64,000 nucleotides of DNA from an uncultured Christensenella sp. (lineage in GTDB: Bacteria > Bacillota > Clostridia > Christensenellales > UBA1242): NCBI GenBank assembly GCA_949296965.1, contig CASFQL010000021.1, forward strand, positions 15,247-79,246, in the 5' to 3' direction. The position numbers and the translations under genes were made by a program. The notes beneath the pieces were generated by a model that made no database searches, was not told the DNA's origin, and saw only the letters and a list, made by a program, of their open reading frames with translations. Below are positions 55,902-64,000 of the stretch, in pieces; the stretch's first letter is position 1; every line of letters begins with the position of its first letter.

Positions 55902-58519
55902 TAAACATTGATTTGTTCTTCTATCTTATCTTGGTTATTATTTATTTCGCCTGATAATTGTTCCCCAACTTCTTCATTATTATCTTCTTGTAGTTGGTCT
56001 ACATTTAACACTACTTTTTGTGCAGTTGTTTGGTTTTCTTCTTCGTTTTCCTCGTCATCATCTTCTTCTTGGTGTTCTGTAATTGAAGCGCAAACAACTT
56101 TATAATTTTTACCTTTCAATCTCATTATTTTAACACCTTGAGTATTTCTACCAATTTTACTAATTTCACACGCTTGAAGTCTTATAATTGTTCCGTTATC
56201 GGTAATTAAAATAACATCTTCTTCTGGCTTAACTTGTTTTAAATTAACTAATTTACCTGTTTTATCATTAAAGACACCCGCTTTAATACCTTTTCCTGCT
56301 CTACCTTGTAAACGATAATCTTGCGGATCGCTTCTCTTACCATAGCCATTTTCACTAATTGTCAAAATCTCACAATCATCTTTTACTACACACATATCAA
56401 CAACATAATCATCTTTGGAAAGTTTGATACTCTTAACTCCCTGAGAACTTCTTCCAAGTCTTCTTAATTTTGTTTCATTAAACCTAATACATTTACCTTC
56501 GTGTGAAGCAATTATGATATCGTCATCACCTTTTGAAGTTTGAACACTAATTAACTTATCATCATCAACTAATTTAATTGCAATTTTACCATTTTTATTT
56601 ATTTTTCTAAATTCTTCAATAGTTGTTTTCTTAATTAAACCTTTTCTTGTAGCCATAATCAAGTTACCTGAGTCAGTTGAATCAAGTTTAATAATTTCTG
56701 TAACAAACTCATCTTGTGCAAGTTGTAGTAAATTAATCATAGCCCTACCCTTTGAAGCCCTTTGAGCATCAGGGACCATATATGCTTTTTGAGTATAAAC
56801 TCTCCCAAGACTTGTAAAGAATAATAAATTATCATGTGTATTACATACAAACATTTTTTCAACAAAATCATCATCTTTTGTCTTATGTCCTGAGATACCA
56901 ACACCGCCTCTCCTTTGAGATTTATACTCGCTAACAGGTTGTCTTTTTATATAACCAGAGTGAGTAAGTGAGATAACAACATCTTCTTTTTCAATCAAAT
57001 CTTCAATATCTATATCGTTGTAATCTACACAAATTTCACTTTGTCTAGGTCTACCATATTTTTCTTTTATCTCATTTAGGTCGTCTTTAATAATATTTAA
57101 GACTAGTTGGTCGCTTGATAAGATTTCTCTAAAACGCACTATTTGATTGTGTAAATCGTTTAATTCTTCTTCTACTTTATATACTTCAAGACTAGTTAGT
57201 TTTTGCAATTTCATTTCAAGAATTGCATTTGCCTGCTTATCACTTAACTCAAATCTCTCACACAATCTTTGACTTGCATCGTTCTTATCATTACTTGCTT
57301 TAATAATCCTAATTACCTCGTCAACATTATTTAATGCAATTACAAGACCTTCTAAGATATGGGCTCTTTCAAGTGCTTTTTCAAGGTCATATTTTGTTCT
57401 ACGAACAATAACTTCTTTTTGATGTTCTAGGTAATAATATAAAATTTCCTTTAAATTTAATATTTTTGGTTCACCGTTAACAAGTGCTAAGAAAATAATC
57501 CCTTGTCCGCTTTGAAGTGGAGTATGCTTAAATAACATATTTAAAACAACTTGTGCATTTGCGTCTTTTTTAACTTCTATTGAAATACACATACCTTGTC
57601 TATCGGACTCGTCAATAATATCTGAAATACCTTCAATCTTCTTTTCTCTTACTAGTTGAGCAATTTGTTCAATAAGTTTTGTCTTATTAACTTGATAAGG
57701 CAACTCTGTAATTAAAATATGAGTTTTTTTATCTTTTTCTACAATTTCTGTTCTTGCACGAATAGTGACATGTCCCTTACCTATTTTATATGCATTTCTT
57801 ATACCATTTCTATCAAAAATAAGTCCTTTTGTTGGATAATCTGGGGCTGGGATATACTTTATAAGTTCGTCAATATCAATATTTGGGTTTTCGATTAAAG
57901 CAGTAACACCGTTAATAGTTTCTACTAAATTATGAGGTGGAATATTTGTTGCCATACCAACTGCAATACCGTCTGAACCATTGACTAACAAATTTGGAAA
58001 TCTTGCTGGCAAAACACAAGGTTCTTGCTCTTTACCATCAAAGTTAGGCATAAAATCAATAGTGTTCTTGTCAATATCTCTTAACATTTCGGCAGCAACT
58101 TTTGAAAGTCTTGCCTCAGTATACCTCATAGCAGCAGGACTATCTCCGTCTATGCTACCAAAATTACCTTGACCGTCGACAAGAGGTTCATTAATAGAAA
58201 AATCTTGTGCAAGTCTAACAAGAGCATCATAAACTGCCGTATCTCCGTGAGGGTGAAATTTACCTAAAACATCACCTACAATACGAGCACATTTTGTATA
58301 AGGCTTGTCATTAAAATAACCAAGTTCCCCCATATCATACAAAATTCTTCTATGAACAGGCTTAAATCCATCTCTAACATCTGGTATAGCACGACTGACA
58401 TTAACTGCCATAGCATAAGCAATAAAAGATGTCTTCATTTCATCGTTAAGATTAGTTTTAATATACTTTGTATTGTCAACTAACTCATCAAGTGGTATTA
58501 AATTATCGTGTTTTTTCAT
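55901..58519 (-). CDS. gyrA: DNA gyrase subunit A
   Basis: 872 aa. The AAMRYTE active-site Tyr region, [20 protein letters not shown] (QRDR) and the C-terminal beta-pinwheel repeats are present. It also has an acidic E/D/N-rich tail. Confidence 0.97.
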   Translation of the reverse strand: MKKHDNLIPLDELVDNTKYIKTNLNDEMKTSFIAYAMAVNVSRAIPDVRDGFKPVHRRILYDMGELGYFNDKPYTKCARIVGDVLGKFHPHGDTAVYDALVRLAQDFSINEPLVDGQGNFGSIDGDSPAAMRYTEARLSKVAAEMLRDIDKNTIDFMPNFDGKEQEPCVLPARFPNLLVNGSDGIAVGMATNIPPHNLVETINGVTALIENPNIDIDELIKYIPAPDYPTKGLIFDRNGIRNAYKIGKGHVTIRARTEIVEKDKKTHILITELPYQVNKTKLIEQIAQLVREKKIEGISDIIDESDRQGMCISIEVKKDANAQVVLNMLFKHTPLQSGQGIIFLALVNGEPKILNLKEILYYYLEHQKEVIVRRTKYDLEKALERAHILEGLVIALNNVDEVIRIIKASNDKNDASQRLCERFELSDKQANAILEMKLQKLTSLEVYKVEEELNDLHNQIVRFREILSSDQLVLNIIKDDLNEIKEKYGRPRQSEICVDYNDIDIEDLIEKEDVVISLTHSGYIKRQPVSEYKSQRRGGVGISGHKTKDDDFVEKMFVCNTHDNLLFFTSLGRVYTQKAYMVPDAQRASKGRAMINLLQLAQDEFVTEIIKLDSTDSGNLIMATRKGLIKKTTIEEFRKINKNGKIAIKLVDDDKLISVQTSKGDDDIIIASHEGKCIRFNETKLRRLGRSSQGVKSIKLSKDDYVVDMCVVKDDCEILTISENGYGKRSDPQDYRLQGRAGKGIKAGVFNDKTGKLVNLKQVKPEEDVILITDNGTIIRLQACEISKIGRNTQGVKIMRLKGKNYKVVCASITEHQEEDDDEENEEENQTTAQKVVLNVDQLQEDNNEEVGEQLSGEINNNQDKIEEQINV

Positions 58520-58603
58520 TTTTTCCTCTACTTAATAAAATAACAAAAACTATTAATAACTATATAATTTTTAAAAATAAAAGTATCAAATAATAAGATA
58601 AAA

Positions 58604-60655
<2,052 letters not shown>

Positions 60656-61199
60656 TTACAAAACTTTGACTAAAAATGTGTTTAAAAAAAACATACTAAA
60701 TCGAAAAATTTAATTTTAAATTATGTAAATTATATGCAGGAAGAAACTATTTTTAAATAAGGTTTTTATAACTTCATAATAAAAATTTTGTATAATTTTT
60801 AAAATATATAATTTTTTAATCTTAAAATTTTTTTAACTCTTACATTTTCTTAAATTAAAAATTACTTTTAATTTTTTATAATTTTTTAATTTAAAATAAT
60901 ATACTCTTATCAGTTTATAAAAAGATAAGAGTATTTATTATTTTTTATTTTTATAAAATTTTTAAATTATTTTTTATATTAAATTTAGTTATAAAAATAT
61001 ATAAAGTTATAAATATATTACAATTAAACAAAGTATAGAAAAATTTATTATTCTATTATTTTTGATAAAAAATTACAAAAATTGTTAAAAAATCATTGTT
61101 TTTTAGCATTTTTTGTTATATTTTGTAACTTTTACAACTAAAAATAGTTTTTTAAATTATAATTAAAATTTTTAAAAAAATAAAATAAAAATATTTTTT

Positions 61200-61287
61200 T
61201 ATTTTTACTAAATGATTTTTTTTATTTTTACTAGTTAAACTTTTTTATTTCTACTAAATGATTTTTTATTTTTACTAAATGATAATA
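61200..61287 (+). repeat. Four tandem 22-23-bp units TATTTTTACTAAATGATTTTTT (degenerate)
   Basis: The units are tatttttactaaatgatttttt, tatttttactagttaaactttttt, tatttctactaaatgatttttt and tatttttactaaatgataat. They lie immediately 5' of the decayed repeat at 61292. Confidence 0.7.
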
Positions 61288-61291
61288 AATT

Positions 61292-61337
61292 AAAATTGTG
61301 TGTCAAAAATACTAATTTTTTTGAATTTTAAATTCAA
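61292..61337 (+). repeat. Possible decayed fragment of the four-way-junction repeat
   Basis: AAAATTGTGTGT | C AAAAAT-acta-ATTTTT | TTGAATT-tta-AATTCAA resembles the 5' arm plus P2 and P3. No convincing P4 or 3' closing arm is present. Confidence 0.3.
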
Positions 61338-61480
61338 AAAAGTTAAATTTTAAAAATTATGATTTTATTTTTTTTAATTATAATAGCAGACAAATTTCTA
61401 TTATCTTTTACTATTTTTTATATACTTCATAACAGATTTAATCAAATCTTAAAAAAACATATTTTTTTATTTTTAAATAA

Positions 61481-61650
61481 TAATCAAAACTTTTATTTTT
61501 TTTATTTAACTATTAAAAATAATAGTTTTTTTTAAAAAATTAATCTTTTATACATTTATAATAAATAATTTAATCAATACTTTTAATTTTTTTTATTTAA
61601 CAATTAAAAATAATAGTTTTTTTTATTTTAAATTAATCTTCTACATTTTT
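61481..61650 (+). repeat. Two about 78-bp direct repeats (period 90 bp, about 85 percent identical), each with an internal palindrome AACTATTAAAAATAATAGTT-like
   Basis: 61481-61557 (taatcaaaacttttattttttttatttaactattaaaaataatagtttttttt..attaatcttttatacattt) matches 61571-61650 (taatcaatacttttaattttttttatttaacaattaaaaataatagtttttttt..attaatcttctacattttt). Confidence 0.8.
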
Positions 61651-61875
61651 AATTTAAAATTTTGAATTATTTAAAACATAAAATTATTTTATATTATAAA
61701 ATTTTTTATTTTTAACCTAAAAAATTATGACTAGTAATTTTTTTATAACTATTTTAAAAATAACTACATTTTTTATTTTTTATTAAACTAATTTTTATTT
61801 TTAATCATTAAAAAATATTAAAAACATTAAAAATTACAAAAAATACATTAAAAAACGCATAATTTGATTAAAAAA

Positions 61876-62970
61876 TCATAATATGCGTTCTATTTGAGCA
61901 TTTTTAACACTAAAAACTGCATCATTTTGTGAAATCTTTTTAAAGTATTTAGTTGTTGTAATTATTGTTTGATAATCTTTTATATAATTAATTAAGTTGT
62001 TACACCTTTTTGTATCAAGTTCACTTAAAACATCGTCAAGTAATAAAATCGGTTTTTCTCCAATATTTTTTTCAAAAATTGAAAGTTCTGCTATTTTAAG
62101 TGATAGAGTTGCAAGTCTTTGCTGACCTTGTGAGCCATAAATTCTAATATCAACATTATTGACTTTTATTTCTATATCATCTCTATGCGGACCTATTGAA
62201 GTAAAACCTAAATCAAAATCAGTTTTTAATTTTTCTTTATATAATTTATATATTTTATCTTTTATTTTTTCCTTACTTTCAAAATTTATTCCTTGATAAC
62301 TAATTTCTAAGTTTTCTTTGTTATTTGTTATAAAAGAGTGAGTTTGTTTTGCCGGTTCTTTAATTTGCTTAATAAAGTCTAATCTATAAAAAATGATTTT
62401 ACTTGAAACATCTGCAAGTTGACTATCCCATAAATCAACTGTTTCTTGTAAACTCTCAATGCTTTTAGATTGTTTTAAAAGTTTATTTCTCTCATCAAGT
62501 AATTTTTCATATTTACAAAGAAGATAAAAATAATTTTTATTTAACTGACTTATATCAATGTCCATAAATCTTCTTCTATCACTTGGACCATCTTTAATTA
62601 AACCAATTTCATCGGGCGCAAAGTATACAACTGGCATCTCGCCAATTAAATCACCAATTTTTCTAATTGACAAGCCATTTATTTTTACTGCCTTGTTTGT
62701 TTCTTTATTTAAAACTGTTTCTATCTCTTGTTCAAAGTATTTTTTTTGTAGAGTTATTTTAACTCGTGCAATTTTACTATCCCAATTAATAAGTTCCTTT
62801 TCTTTTTTAGTTTTTGGCGACCTACCTATACTAGATAGATAAATACTTTCTAAAAAATTAGTTTTTCCCTGTGCATTATTTCCTTTAAAAATATTTAAGC
62901 AAGGGGCAAGTTTTACTAAACAAGTTTGATAATTTCTAAAATTTTTTAAACTAACTTCTTTTATATACAT
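61876..62970 (-). CDS. recF: DNA replication and repair protein RecF
   Basis: 364 aa. MYIKEVSLKNFRNY, the Walker A GNNAQGKTNFLES, the signature GSQGQQR and the Walker B LLLDDVLSELD are present. Confidence 0.95.
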   Translation of the reverse strand: MYIKEVSLKNFRNYQTCLVKLAPCLNIFKGNNAQGKTNFLESIYLSSIGRSPKTKKEKELINWDSKIARVKITLQKKYFEQEIETVLNKETNKAVKINGLSIRKIGDLIGEMPVVYFAPDEIGLIKDGPSDRRRFMDIDISQLNKNYFYLLCKYEKLLDERNKLLKQSKSIESLQETVDLWDSQLADVSSKIIFYRLDFIKQIKEPAKQTHSFITNNKENLEISYQGINFESKEKIKDKIYKLYKEKLKTDFDLGFTSIGPHRDDIEIKVNNVDIRIYGSQGQQRLATLSLKIAELSIFEKNIGEKPILLLDDVLSELDTKRCNNLINYIKDYQTIITTTKYFKKISQNDAVFSVKNAQIERIL

Positions 62971-63178
62971 ACTTATTAAAATAGTAACACATTTACACTA
63001 AAATTAAAAGAAATTTTTATTTTTTAGTGTATTTTTAATAAAAAAATATTTAAAAAAGTTTGTAAGTATTGCATAAATTTATAATTTTTGTTTTTTTGTT
63101 AAATTTACTAAAAATTTATTATTCATTGACATTAAAATATAATTATAGTATTATTATAATGTATTTTATGGGGGTTAT

Positions 63179-64000
63179 ATGGACAGTCTATTAAGTAATT
63201 GGAACGAAGTTCTAAAAGGTATGTCTAAACTTGTTACCGCTGTTAGTTACGATTTGTATATTGAGACACTTGAACCTATAAAAATTGATAATAATAAATT
63301 AATTTTGCTAGCATCGACAATTTCTAACAAAAATCAACTGATGAGGTTACATAAAGACAAGTTGTTAACGGAAGTAAAAAAGTATTTTGAAAATGTTGAC
63401 GATTTAGTAATACTTGACCCTAGCGAAAAAGAGGCTTTTTTAGAAGATATAAAACACGCAGAAGAAGTTTTAGAAGCAAAACAAATATTTAACGACAAAA
63501 ATAAATTGAATGAAAAATACACTTTTGAAAGTTTTGTTGTTGGTAAGAGTAATCAATTTGTTTATGCGGCTTGCCGAAGTGTTGCTGAAAATCCTGGTAA
63601 AAAATACAATCCTCTTTTTATTTATGGTGGGGTTGGCCTTGGTAAAACTCACCTTTTACACGCTATTGGAAACTATGTTAGAAAGACTAGAAAAAATTTA
63701 AAAATTTTATATGTTACTAGCGAACAATTTACAAATGACTATATTCAAGCATTAAAAGCGGATAAAAAAGAGAATGCTAACAAGGCTTTTAGAGATAAAT
63801 ATAGAGATATTGATATTTTAATGGTTGATGATATTCAATTTATTGCAAATAAAAATAGCACACAAGAGGAATTTTTCCATACATTCAACGATTTATATCA
63901 GTTAGATAAACAAATTGTCATTACTTCTGATAAACACCCTAGAAATATGGAAACTCTTGAAGAAAGATTAAGGTCAAGGTTTACAGGAGGACTTATACAA
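63179..64000 (+). CDS. dnaA: Chromosomal replication initiator protein DnaA (5' partial, continues beyond the window)
   Basis: The frame is open from the ATG at 63179 (after GGGGG) to the window end and is absent from the ORF track because it has no stop. It reads [94 protein letters not shown], with the Walker A/B and sensor motifs of DnaA. Confidence 0.95.
   Translation, partial: MDSLLSNWNEVLKGMSKLVTAVSYDLYIETLEPIKIDNNKLILLASTISNKNQLMRLHKDKLLTEVKKYFENVDDLVILDPSEKEAFLEDIKHAEEVLEAKQIFNDKNKLNEKYTFESFVVGKSNQFVYAACRSVAENPGKKYNPLFIYGGVGLGKTHLLHAIGNYVRKTRKNLKILYVTSEQFTNDYIQALKADKKENANKAFRDKYRDIDILMVDDIQFIANKNSTQEEFFHTFNDLYQLDKQIVITSDKHPRNMETLEERLRSRFTGGLIQ

Noticed and set aside
62971-63178. Perfect DnaA boxes and a confident dnaA promoter in the recF-dnaA gap
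   Set aside because: No TTATCCACA or TGTGGATAA was found by eye. TTGACA at 63126 has no -10 element at a 16-18 nt spacing (TATAAT at 63155 is 23 nt away). Calls in DNA this A/T-rich would be unreliable without a scored scan.

Overview
The window is very AT-rich bacterial chromosome that uses the standard code: TGA acts as a stop (for example at 2631), and long ORFs are intact under code 11. It comes from an endospore-forming Firmicute, shown by dipicolinate synthase dpaA/dpaB, yabP-yabQ, and a BclA-like collagen-repeat protein. It sits next to the replication origin, with gyrA, gyrB and recF on the minus strand diverging from dnaA, which runs off the right edge. I support about 50 CDS. These include three P-type ATPases, a two-subunit aconitase X, ddh, valS, rsmD, pyk, greA, rubrerythrin, queH, a yhhQ-like transporter, DegV, XRE and TetR regulators, and several surface or beta-helix proteins. 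There are five tRNAs (Arg-UCG, Ser-GGA, initiator Met, Lys-CUU, Val-GAC) and a set of intrinsic terminators. Coding density is low, with many 0.4-1.3 kb spacers of almost pure A/T. The most striking feature that ordinary annotation does not explain is a dispersed, strictly intergenic repeat of about 90 nt, with at least 11 copies on both strands. Each copy folds as a closing stem around three abutting hairpins, a four-way junction. Its helices covary between copies. A sequence-unrelated element at 39597-39693 has the same architecture. I see no transposase, integrase, CRISPR array or recognisable defence operon. Other points are a 202-bp duplication of the tRNA-Lys 3' half, a 360-bp in-frame tandem duplication in a coiled-coil gene, a homopolymer frameshift in a carboxypeptidase-regulatory-like gene, a chimeric HAD/PD-(D/E)XK-like ORF, and several degenerate iteron-like A/T repeat arrays. 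All calls were made by eye from the sequence and the translated ORFs. No database search, covariance test or GC-skew calculation was possible.
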